Source of the DNA: Saprospiraceae bacterium
Lineage (GTDB): Bacteria; Bacteroidota; Bacteroidia; Chitinophagales; Saprospiraceae
Length of the DNA stretch: 15,885 nt
Direction of reading: 5' to 3'
Assembly (NCBI GenBank): GCA_046153985.1
Contig: JBJXFD010000227.1
Coordinates: forward strand, 1-15,885
Both the position numbers and the translations under genes were made by a program. Below are positions 5,424 to 13,182 of the stretch, piece after piece (the first letter of the stretch is position 1; every line of letters starts with the position of its first letter). The notes beneath the pieces are model-generated. The model saw only the letters and a program-made list of their open reading frames with translations. It did not search any database and had not been told where the DNA came from.

Positions 5424-7970
5424 ATGAAAAAGCTACTCTACGCTGTATTGGCCCTGCTGGCCTTTACCCTCCTTTCTCAACCTGCTTTTGCCCAGAAAAA
5501 AGAAAAAGAAGCGGGCAAGGGTGACCCGAAAAAAGAACAAGAAGGCGATCCTAAAAAAGAAGGCGACAAAAAAGACGCCGAAAAAAAATACCCCGATATC
5601 ATCACTGCGGACGCCATCACCGACCAGGGGCTGTTTACGGTCCACCAGGTGAAGGACAAATACTACTTTGAGATTCCACTTTCCCTGCTGGAAAAAGAGA
5701 TCCTCGTGGTGAGCTGCATTTCCGGCCACGTGAAAGGCCTCAACTTTGGCGGGGCGGGCATGAGAAGTCGTCCGCAACAGGTAGTTCGCTGGCAATTGCA
5801 GGGCAAAAATGTGCTGCTGCGGTCGGTGTCTTACGACAACGTGTCGGACGAAAACCTGCCCATTTACACTTCGGTGAAGAACAACAACTTCGAACCCGTG
5901 GTGGCTAATTTTCCGCTGGCTTGCTACAACAAAGACAGTACGGGCATCGTGTTTGAGCCAACTTCGTTTTTCACCACCGACGTGGCCATGATTGGAGCTT
6001 TGTCGGACAGCGAACGCAAAGATTTTGCTATCAAAGGCTTAGAAGACAAACGCAGTTACATTGAATACATCAAATCATTCCCCGAAAACACGGAAGTGCG
6101 CCACGTGCTGACCTACAAAGGCGATAAGTTGCCCGACAACCAGGTTACCGGTACCCTGTCTGTGGGCATGAACCAGTCGTTTATTCTCCTGCCGGAAACC
6201 CCCATGCGCCCGCGCTTGGCCGATGAGCGGGTCGGCTATTTCGGCATCCGCCAGATTGACTATGGCTTGGACGAACAAAAAGCTGCCGCGCGCCGCTACA
6301 TCACCCGCTGGAAATTAGAGCCGAAAGACGTTGCCGCTTACAGAAGGGGCGAATTGGTGGAGCCCGTGAAGCCTATCATTTACTACATTGACCCCGCTAC
6401 GCCGGAAGAATGGCGGCCTTACCTCAAACAAGGCGTAAACGACTGGCAAAAAGCCTTCGAAAAAGCCGGTTTTAAAAATGCCATCATGGCCAAAGACCCG
6501 CCGAGCAAGGCCGAAGATCCCGACTGGAGCCCCGAAGATGCGCGCTATTCGGTGATCCGCTACGTGGCCACCGACATCCAAAATGCGATGGGCCCACACG
6601 TACACGACCCCCGCACGGGCGAAATTCTGGAAAGCGACATCATCTGGTACCACAACGTGATGAACCTGCTCCGCAACTGGTTTTTCATCCAAACCGCCGC
6701 CGTGAATCCGGAGGCGCAAACGGTGAAATTTAAGAAAGAACTGATGGGCGAACTCATCCGTTTCGTCGCGGCGCACGAGGTTGGCCACACGCTTGGTCTG
6801 CCCCACAACATGGGCTCGAGCTGTGCCTATCCGGTGGATTCCCTGCGCGCACCGGGCTTCGTACAGCGCATGGGCGTTGCGCCTTCCATCATGGACTACG
6901 CCCGCTTCAACTACGTGGCACAGCCGGAAGACAAAGGCGCCGGGTTGATGCCGGTCATCGGCCCTTACGACGATTGGTCCATCCAATACGGCTACACCTG
7001 GTTCCCGGATGCGCAAACCGTGGAGCAGGAGAAAGACATCCTGCACCGCATGGTTTTGGAGCGCGCAGGCAATCCGATCTATCGCTTCGGACAGCAACAG
7101 GGCCGGGTACTCGATCCCAGCGCCCAAACCGAAGACATCGGCAGCGACCCCGTGGCAGCAAGCATGCTGGGCATCGCCAACCTGAAGCGCATCACGGCTA
7201 AACTCATCGAATGGACTTCAGAGCCCGGAAAAGAATACGATGAACTCGCCGAACTGCACGGCAACGTAGTCGGACAACTCCGCCGTTACGTAGGCCATGT
7301 CGCCAACAACGTCGGCGGCGTTTATGAATACGACAAAACTGCCGATGAAGCCGGCGCGATTTTTACCCACGTTTCAAAAGAGCGCCAGGCAGCCGCCGTT
7401 CGCTTTGTGAACGAGCAAATTTTCAACACGCCGAATTGGTTGATTGATAAAGATATACAATCGAGAATTAGTTCAACGGGGGCACTGGCGCAAATCAACG
7501 ACCTGCAAACCGGCGCCCTCAGCACCCTGTTCAACGCCGACCGCCTGAACCGCATGATGGAAAACGAAACCCTGAACGGGACTGCCGCATACGCCACTTC
7601 CGCCCTGTTCGACGATACGCGCAAAGCGGTGTTCAGCGAGTTGCTTGCCGCAAAACCCGTTAACCCCTATCGCCGCAGCCTCCAGCGGGCTTACCTCGCG
7701 CAAATGGCCGATCTGCTGGCGCTGTCCGGCAACCCGTACGAGCAGTCGGACATCAAAGCCAATGCGATGGGCACGTTGAAGCAAATCGAGGGCGACCTCA
7801 ACCTGGCCAAGCCAAAAATGCTGGATAAGGCATCCAAAACACATGTAGAAGATTTGCTGGTGCGGATCAGCGCGATTAAAGAGGCCCGGAAAAATGGGAA
7901 GGTAATGGCAGCTCCTGCAAGGCCGGAGGCAATAGGGGAGGAGGTGATGAAGGGCTGTTTTGAGGAGTGA
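5424..7970 (+). CDS. Secreted zinc-dependent metalloprotease of 848 aa, belonging to the Bacteroidota DUF5117/DUF4953-type metzincin-like family.
   Basis: Signal peptide MKKLLYAVLALLAFTLLSQPAFAQ begins at the ATG at 5424. The ORF track's upstream extension from 5340 lacks a signal peptide. Zinc-binding motif AAHEVGHTLGLPHNMGSS (HEXXHXXGXXH). A K/E/D-rich low-complexity linker follows the signal peptide. Stop TGA at 7968-7970. Confidence 0.9.
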   Translation: MKKLLYAVLALLAFTLLSQPAFAQKKEKEAGKGDPKKEQEGDPKKEGDKKDAEKKYPDIITADAITDQGLFTVHQVKDKYYFEIPLSLLEKEILVVSCISGHVKGLNFGGAGMRSRPQQVVRWQLQGKNVLLRSVSYDNVSDENLPIYTSVKNNNFEPVVANFPLACYNKDSTGIVFEPTSFFTTDVAMIGALSDSERKDFAIKGLEDKRSYIEYIKSFPENTEVRHVLTYKGDKLPDNQVTGTLSVGMNQSFILLPETPMRPRLADERVGYFGIRQIDYGLDEQKAAARRYITRWKLEPKDVAAYRRGELVEPVKPIIYYIDPATPEEWRPYLKQGVNDWQKAFEKAGFKNAIMAKDPPSKAEDPDWSPEDARYSVIRYVATDIQNAMGPHVHDPRTGEILESDIIWYHNVMNLLRNWFFIQTAAVNPEAQTVKFKKELMGELIRFVAAHEVGHTLGLPHNMGSSCAYPVDSLRAPGFVQRMGVAPSIMDYARFNYVAQPEDKGAGLMPVIGPYDDWSIQYGYTWFPDAQTVEQEKDILHRMVLERAGNPIYRFGQQQGRVLDPSAQTEDIGSDPVAASMLGIANLKRITAKLIEWTSEPGKEYDELAELHGNVVGQLRRYVGHVANNVGGVYEYDKTADEAGAIFTHVSKERQAAAVRFVNEQIFNTPNWLIDKDIQSRISSTGALAQINDLQTGALSTLFNADRLNRMMENETLNGTAAYATSALFDDTRKAVFSELLAAKPVNPYRRSLQRAYLAQMADLLALSGNPYEQSDIKANAMGTLKQIEGDLNLAKPKMLDKASKTHVEDLLVRISAIKEARKNGKVMAAPARPEAIGEEVMKGCFEE

Positions 7971-8008
7971 TATTCTATTTTACACGGAGTTCCACAGAGG
8001 AACACGGA

Positions 8009-8078
8009 GTTTCACGGAGTTAGACATAAAAACTCTGTGAAACTCTGCGTCATAAAGTTCACTGCAAGGGTTTTTTTT
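8009..8078 (+). terminator. Putative intrinsic terminator region downstream of the metalloprotease. A 13-bp stem gtttcacggagtt / aactctgtgaaac with one G-U pair and a 9-nt loop is followed 27 nt later by a T8 run at 8071-8078.
   Basis: Stem arms at 8009-8021 and 8031-8043. T8 at 8071-8078. Three copies of CACGGAGTT start at 7983, 8003 and 8013. Confidence 0.45.
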
Positions 8079-8081
8079 CGA

Positions 8082-8501
8082 CTAGGAAAATTTGTTGCCG
8101 TGGAGTGTAACAGGAGCCTTACCACAAAACCGGACGCCGTAATCCGGAAAGTGCGGGTCTCTTGTAACGATCGTGAGTCCCTCCACTGAAGCCTGGGCGA
8201 TGAGCATTCGGTCGAATGGATCGCGGTGATGGAGCGGGAGGTCGAGGTAAGCTAAATTATGTTCGAAAGCGAGCGGGAGCCACTCAAAAGCGTTAGCAGA
8301 TAAAAAATCAGGTAAATCAGACAAGGGCTTCTTGATTTTAAGTTTACCTAGATTGATTTTAATCGCCATCTCCCAAATAGACACTGCACTGACACAGCGC
8401 CGTTCTTGTCGGTTATCCAATCTATGTTTTGCAGTGTCAGCTAGTTGGGAATCTCCTTCCAAATACCAGATTAGCGTATGGGTATCAAGTAGAAGTGCCA
8501 T
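8082..8501 (-). CDS. vapC: PIN-domain ribonuclease toxin (VapC-like) of a type II toxin-antitoxin pair.
   Basis: ATG at 8501-8499 gives MALLLDTHTLIWYLEGD.., the classic PIN N-terminal LLDT..LIW motif with acidic residues downstream. It sits 1 nt after the stop of the upstream small gene. The longer ORF-track start at 8579 adds a Cys-rich N-terminus that does not fit the family. Confidence 0.85.
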   Translation of the reverse strand: MALLLDTHTLIWYLEGDSQLADTAKHRLDNRQERRCVSAVSIWEMAIKINLGKLKIKKPLSDLPDFLSANAFEWLPLAFEHNLAYLDLPLHHRDPFDRMLIAQASVEGLTIVTRDPHFPDYGVRFCGKAPVTLHGNKFS

Positions 8502-8502
8502 G

Positions 8503-8745
8503 TTACATGTATTCTTTAAAGTCCTCCAAAGGCTCGTCAAAGTCGGGTGACATAACGAACATGCCCTTTGCCCCGCCAAACCCAGGTTTGGCTTTAAATC
8601 CCGGTGTTTCCGGCTGTTGTTGCAATAGCTGCCCTTTGCCCTCGCGGCTCAATAAAAACTCAATATAGTCCAGCACCTGCTTTTTCAGGTGCTCCGGCAG
8701 CAACTCAATTTTGGAATACAAGGCTAAAGTGTCCATCGCATTCAT
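8503..8745 (-). CDS. DUF2281-family antitoxin, partner of the PIN toxin.
   Basis: MNAMDTLALYSKIELLPEHLKKQVLDYIEFLL matches the DUF2281 N-terminal signature (LYEKIQQLPPELQQEVLDFVEFLL). The stop TAA at 8505-8503 is followed 1 nt later by the vapC ATG. Confidence 0.75.
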   Translation of the reverse strand: MNAMDTLALYSKIELLPEHLKKQVLDYIEFLLSREGKGQLLQQQPETPGFKAKPGFGGAKGMFVMSPDFDEPLEDFKEYM

Positions 8746-8850
8746 GATTTTGATAACAAAATTACAGAAAAAAAGCTTTGTATGTTGATAAATGAACGTA
8801 CTAAATGGTCCAATAGTTTCCCATCGAGAAATCCAATTCGATGTACCCGA

Positions 8851-10494
8851 TCATTTGACCACTACTTTTTTTATCACCCTTGTGTTATCATTTGTGAAAA
8901 ATTCAATAATTAATATTTGAGGCGGAATATTCAAATTCAATACGCCTTCTTTTTGATGGGTAAATTCCGAAAAAATAAGCCTGCCAAAAAGGTCGTATAT
9001 TTTCAAATGCGTGACAAATTGGTCCGGTGGGCCGGTAAGCTCATAGTGTAACTGGTGACCGCTCGTCAAAGGATTCGGGTAGACGTTGATTTCAACGGGA
9101 TCTTTGATTGCTGCTGTGACATTTGGCGCGCTTGTGGGGCTTTCAACCCTAAACAACTTATGATGAGCGGCAGCAATACCGGTCAGTACATAAACATGCC
9201 CATCCTGCCCCAATTCCAGTTTACGCCCATTCCCATCTAATATCATAGCAGAAATTACATTGAATGCTGAATCCAGCACCGCCAGAAACCCAATTGATGA
9301 ACCCACGGTCGTATTCACCAATAATTCGTTTCCCAATTGCAAAGTATCCACCTCGGCATATCCGGTAATCCATATATGATTATTATTTTGGTCTGTTATC
9401 ATGCTTCTGATATGCTTCGGGCCTTGTGAGCCTTCTAATTGAAATACCCGTTGCGCTTCGAGTCCATCTGATAATTTCACAAGAAAACCGGCCTGATCAA
9501 AATCGGGGTTGTACAAATAGAGGCTGTCAAATCCGATGTACGGTGGATTATAAGTTCCTGAAATGATAAAAGAATTATCGGATAAGGTGCTGATTGCCGT
9601 GGGAATAGTCGATCCGTAATGGTAATCTATTGTTTTTTTGTTGATGCAATTTCCGGAAGTATCAAACTGGACAAGATAAAGAAAATCTGTGCCCCAATCA
9701 AAGAATGCCGTGTTCACTAATGTATCCTCACAGAACTGGACAAAGCTGCTTGCTGAAGCGCCGGCTAAAAGAATCTTGCCATTGGAATTAATGGCAAATT
9801 TATTTTCAATTTGATAGTTATAGCCGCTTACGCTTCGTAGCCAAACAGCCTTATAATCAGCGTCCAACCTCCCCATAAAAGCATTGCCATTTCCTGTGCC
9901 GATATCTAAGAGTTCATTGTCTAATAACAGACCTCCTTCATTACCGCCATATTCACCACAGAAAAACGTTGAATTACCATATTTTAAGGCAGTATTTGCC
10001 AGTATGTGGCAGTTGTGGGGAGATTGCCAGTGTTTTGATTTTAAGACTGCTCCGGCATGGTTGTATTCGATTAATAACAAATTAGTCCCGGGGCCATTTG
10101 CTGCATTAACAAAAAAAGTATCCAAGGCAAAAAGTGTATCTCCCACCATCGTAGTGAATACATAAATTGAGGAATCCTGAAGTGAGAAGGTTGTGCCGCC
10201 GGGTGTTTTTACAAAATAAAGCTGATCATCGTCAAATCCAATAAAATAGGGCCTTCCAAAATAATACGGCGAAGTATTTAAGGGATCTCTTGGCAAAATA
10301 TAAGCTACGTTTCCATTAAAAACCAGGGAGTCGGACGCGCTTTCAATCAGGTAGAATCTTTGCCCGGATTCATTGATTGCCAACCCGTTGATGACCCCGT
10401 ACCTGCCTTTAATTTCATCAACCAACGCTAATTGTTGGGAGAGCAGGGCACATGGAAAAAATAGTGGAATTAAAAAGTAAAGGGATTTTTCCAT
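8851..10494 (-). CDS. T9SS (Por secretion) type A C-terminal sorting domain protein of about 547 aa. It has a signal peptide and a beta-propeller-like repeat body. The cargo function is unknown.
   Basis: C-terminus EINVYPNPLTSG...LKIYDLFGRLIF...KVVVK is a typical T9SS CTD. ATG at 10494 gives MEKSLYFLIPLFFPCALLSQQ, a signal peptide. The ORF-track start at 10527 is a TTG that overlaps the upstream stop, so I prefer the ATG at 10494. Confidence 0.85.
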   Translation of the reverse strand: MEKSLYFLIPLFFPCALLSQQLALVDEIKGRYGVINGLAINESGQRFYLIESASDSLVFNGNVAYILPRDPLNTSPYYFGRPYFIGFDDDQLYFVKTPGGTTFSLQDSSIYVFTTMVGDTLFALDTFFVNAANGPGTNLLLIEYNHAGAVLKSKHWQSPHNCHILANTALKYGNSTFFCGEYGGNEGGLLLDNELLDIGTGNGNAFMGRLDADYKAVWLRSVSGYNYQIENKFAINSNGKILLAGASASSFVQFCEDTLVNTAFFDWGTDFLYLVQFDTSGNCINKKTIDYHYGSTIPTAISTLSDNSFIISGTYNPPYIGFDSLYLYNPDFDQAGFLVKLSDGLEAQRVFQLEGSQGPKHIRSMITDQNNNHIWITGYAEVDTLQLGNELLVNTTVGSSIGFLAVLDSAFNVISAMILDGNGRKLELGQDGHVYVLTGIAAAHHKLFRVESPTSAPNVTAAIKDPVEINVYPNPLTSGHQLHYELTGPPDQFVTHLKIYDLFGRLIFSEFTHQKEGVLNLNIPPQILIIEFFTNDNTRVIKKVVVK

Positions 10495-10523
10495 AAAGCA
10501 AATGTTTTGACGAGGAAAGTTAT

Positions 10524-11489
10524 TCAATCTTCCAAAGTGATCACCACATTCCCCGTTTTTTCGCCAGTTTCCACATACGTGTAAGCTTCAGCAATTCGGT
10601 CTAACGGATATTTACGATCTATAACAGCCTTATACCGGCCTTCCTCCGTCATTTTTTTAATCAACAATACACTCCTTTTGCAATCAGATGGAATGGGAAA
10701 AATGACTTTTTTCCCGCCGAAAACAGGGGTAATCAATGGCAGGAAAAGGTTTTGCCCCATCCAGCCCAATTCCGAAGAAATGTAGATTCCGTGTGGATTT
10801 AACAGCGATTTACATTGGCCAAATGAGCTTTTACCAACGGCGTCAAAAACGTAATCATATTTTTCAGTGGATTGGGTAAAATCTGTTTTTAAATAATCAA
10901 TGACCTGGTCCGCGCCGAGCGATTTCATTAATTCCATGTTTTTTGTATTGCCGACGGCGGTCACCTCCGCGCCAAAATATTTAGACAATTGAACCGCTGC
11001 GGAACCAATAGCCCCCGTAGCGCCATTCACGAGCACTTTTTGGCCCGTCTTCAGGGAGATTTTATTGATCATGTTGTAGGCGTAATGTGCGCCTTCCAGA
11101 CTGGCCGCTGCTTCTTCGTACGTGGTGTTTTCGGGCATTGTAGCGAGCGCTTTGTCTTCCCCCAGCGTCATGTATTGGGCATGGGAACTCACCCCCATAT
11201 CGTTGAACCCAAAAACCCGGTCACCGATCCTAAATGAAGTCACAGCCTTGCCAACCGCTTCAATTTTACCGGCAAAATCAGTTCCTCCAATCGGTTTTTT
11301 GGGCTTCAACAACCCCATGCCAAAACGCATGATGAACGGCTTGGCGCGGAGGATGGCGCAATCGGTTCGGTTTACGGTGGTTGCATAGACCCGTATCAGC
11401 ACCTCGGTGTCTTTGGGGGCGGGTTTTTCTACGGTTTTGATTTCGAGGACACTGGGTGAGCCGTAGTTGTCGTAAATGGCTGCTTGCAT
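10524..11489 (-). CDS. Zinc-type alcohol dehydrogenase / NADPH:quinone oxidoreductase family protein (MDR superfamily).
   Basis: Nucleotide-binding GATGAIGSAAVQL motif. N-terminus MQAAIYDNYGSPSVLEIK is typical of quinone oxidoreductases. The start could instead be the ATG at 11504 (MFNPTMQAAIY), which overlaps the VOC gene by 8 nt. The ORF-track start at 11513 is a TTG. Confidence 0.85.
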   Translation of the reverse strand: MQAAIYDNYGSPSVLEIKTVEKPAPKDTEVLIRVYATTVNRTDCAILRAKPFIMRFGMGLLKPKKPIGGTDFAGKIEAVGKAVTSFRIGDRVFGFNDMGVSSHAQYMTLGEDKALATMPENTTYEEAAASLEGAHYAYNMINKISLKTGQKVLVNGATGAIGSAAVQLSKYFGAEVTAVGNTKNMELMKSLGADQVIDYLKTDFTQSTEKYDYVFDAVGKSSFGQCKSLLNPHGIYISSELGWMGQNLFLPLITPVFGGKKVIFPIPSDCKRSVLLIKKMTEEGRYKAVIDRKYPLDRIAEAYTYVETGEKTGNVVITLED

Positions 11490-11496
11490 GGTGGGG

Positions 11497-11868
11497 TTAA
11501 ACATGTTGGTCAATCAAAATTGCATTTCCGTCCGGATCTGTGATCACAAAACTCGCGGGGCCAAAGGTGTTCTCATCTGCTTCATGCGCAATTTCGATGT
11601 TGTTGTCTTTCAAATGCCGCTGAATGGCCCGAACGTCGTCAAACGGCTCGACTAAATTGGCGTTTTCATCCCAACCCGGATTAAAGGTCAGGATATTGTT
11701 TTCAAACATGCCCTGGAACAGCCCAATTAAGGCGTTTCCATTTTTCATGATGAGGTAATTTTTCTCCAGATCGCCTCCTAAAACCGTGAAGCCAAGGGTT
11801 TCATAAAATTGTTTGGAAGCGTGGATGTCTTTGACGCTGAGGCTGATTGAGAATGCTCCTAATTTCAT
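11497..11868 (-). CDS. VOC-family (glyoxalase/bleomycin-resistance/dioxygenase fold) protein of 123 aa.
   Basis: MKLGAFSISLSVKDIHASKQFYETLGFTV...ITDPDGNAILIDQ matches the VOC betaalpha-betabetabeta module pattern. The ATG at 11868-11866 overlaps the TGA of the upstream gene (ATGA). Confidence 0.85.
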   Translation of the reverse strand: MKLGAFSISLSVKDIHASKQFYETLGFTVLGGDLEKNYLIMKNGNALIGLFQGMFENNILTFNPGWDENANLVEPFDDVRAIQRHLKDNNIEIAHEADENTFGPASFVITDPDGNAILIDQHV

Positions 11869-12116
11869 GCGAGTATTTTTTTAATTAAATTTAAAGTCAT
11901 CAAATCCTCCTCCAAATCTTCAATATCGTACTTGATATACACCCCCCTTTTTTTCATTTCCTTTTGAAAGGAAATCTGGTCTATGCCTGCAAATTTTCTG
12001 GCTTGTCCCATCGTCATTTTGCCCATATCGTAAAAATGAACGGCCAACTCAATCAAGAGTTCAGCAGCAGTCATATTCAGCATATTGAGCTGGTCTTCAG
12101 AAATTTGAACGCCCAT
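11865..12116 (-). CDS. UPF0175-family small protein (antitoxin-like, about 83 aa).
   Basis: ATG at 12116 gives MGVQISEDQLNMLNMTAAELLIELAVHFYDMGKMTMGQARKFAGIDQISFQKEMKKRGV. This matches the UPF0175 pattern (..AA.KLYE.GK.S.G.AAELAG....F...L...GV). The ORF-track start at 12197 is a TTG and adds a Cys-rich 27-aa extension of doubtful reality. Confidence 0.6.
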   Translation of the reverse strand: MGVQISEDQLNMLNMTAAELLIELAVHFYDMGKMTMGQARKFAGIDQISFQKEMKKRGVYIKYDIEDLEEDLMTLNLIKKILA

Positions 12117-12248
12117 TATTTGCTTTTTATCGAAAGTGAACGGTTTGCAGTTTTTGCATTTGCAAGATAAGGTGTTTTGCACAGAAAAACAACACAAGCT
12201 ACCTGGAGCGCCAATAATTGCGTAATCTCTTCGCTTATTGCCCGCTCT

Positions 12249-12971
12249 TCACCATTTTCCTTTTTTCCTGCTCACAAAAAACAACAAAAACCCCGAGCAC
12301 ACCGTCGCCACCCCAAAAATTGAAAACGCCCGCAGGAGCCCGTTGCCGATGTTGTCGCGGCTGGACAAATCCATGGTGTGCAGCATCCAGAGAAAATCGA
12401 AACGGCGCCAGGGGCGGTTGCGTACTTTTTGGATCGCGCCGGATTCAGCAGCCACATAAACCGTGGTGTGGCGCGCGTCGTCAAAAGTGAAGGCGTAGGC
12501 CGGCAGCGGATTTTCCCGGTATTCGTGGTGTGGGTCGGTTTCTGTCAGGTAGGTTATTGAAGTAATTGTGCCGGGACCTGCATAGCCGTTTAAGGCCACT
12601 TCCCTGGCTTCTTTTTCCGACAGCGGTGGCCGCAAAAATCCGCTCAATGCGTCGGCGAGGCGCGTCTTTTTTTTGCCGTCTTTGATGTAGACGATCTGCC
12701 AGTACAACCTTCCCAAAATGGGAACCAACCGCAGTTCCGTCAACCGCGTAACGCCTTCCGTTCGCCGCAAACTTTCCAGCGCTTCAATGGGCGAGGCAGA
12801 CAAGGCGCTTAAAGGAAGCAAGGACGCCGGCTTCTTTTCGTAATCGCCGTGTACTTCGTCCATATCGCTCCAGGAAAAATACAACCCGCCGAGCGACCAG
12901 GCCAAAAACTGAATGCCGATGAGGACGCCGAGCCAGCGGTGGGTTTTGCGAATGAGGTAGTTGGTGTTCAT
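12249..12971 (-). CDS. PepSY-associated TM-helix (PepSY_TM / PiuB-like) membrane protein of 240 aa.
   Basis: N-terminal IRKTHRWLGVLIGIQFLAWSLGGLYFSW is the PepSY_TM signature. A second TM helix sits at the C-terminus. ATG at 12971. Confidence 0.8.
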   Translation of the reverse strand: MNTNYLIRKTHRWLGVLIGIQFLAWSLGGLYFSWSDMDEVHGDYEKKPASLLPLSALSASPIEALESLRRTEGVTRLTELRLVPILGRLYWQIVYIKDGKKKTRLADALSGFLRPPLSEKEAREVALNGYAGPGTITSITYLTETDPHHEYRENPLPAYAFTFDDARHTTVYVAAESGAIQKVRNRPWRRFDFLWMLHTMDLSSRDNIGNGLLRAFSIFGVATVCSGFLLFFVSRKKGKW

Positions 12972-13009
12972 AAGTAGTCGTGTAAATCGTGCTGCAAAAT
13001 GAGCATTTT

Positions 13010-13069
13010 TTTAAATTTCAAAAATAAAAGAACCAACGCGGGAAAGTCCGGCGTTGGTTCCTCGTTTTC
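13010..13069 (-). terminator. Rho-independent terminator of the nfeD-flotillin operon. A GC-rich 10-12-bp stem (gaaccaacgc ... gcgttggttc) is followed on the minus strand by TTTTATTTTT.
   Basis: Perfect inverted repeat at 13030-13039 / 13051-13060. An A-rich run at 13018-13029 on the plus strand is the U-tract for minus-strand transcripts. A shorter T4 at 13065-13068 on the plus strand makes it look bidirectional. Confidence 0.6.
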
Positions 13070-13182
13070 ATCGGCGCATTCCACATCGGAAAGCGCACTA
13101 CTGCTGTTTTTTTGGAGGTATGATCAGAGGCAGAAACAGGGAGGAAATACCACATGAATTCCCCCCTGGTATTGGTTCAGTT

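Noticed and set aside
5433-8005. Minus-strand ORFs inside the protease gene (5433-5795, 6075-6278, 6315-7127, 6955-7161, 7079-7264, 7322-7624, 7473-7844, 7691-8005) and plus-strand 6974-7201.
   Set aside because: They are antisense or frame-shifted shadows of a GC-rich coding region. Their translations are Arg/Gly/Ala-rich nonsense. The plus-strand protease has an unambiguous HEXXH catalytic motif.
8332-8668. Plus-strand ORFs 8332-8550 and 8429-8668, plus the long N-terminal extension of the PIN ORF (8502-8579).
   Set aside because: They are antisense to or overlap the TA pair. The PIN family N-terminus begins at MALLLDTHTLIW (ATG at 8501), exactly 1 nt after the antitoxin stop.
9055-11388. 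Small plus-strand ORFs (9055-9240, 9884-10165, 10989-11237, 11122-11388) and 11964-12170.
   Set aside because: They are antisense to well-supported minus-strand genes. They have no recognisable features.
12218-12560. ORFs 12218-12490, 12238-12459, 12378-12560 (+) and 12272-12484 (-).
   Set aside because: They overlap the PepSY-TM gene in other frames or on the other strand. Their Arg/Cys-rich translations are typical of out-of-frame reads.
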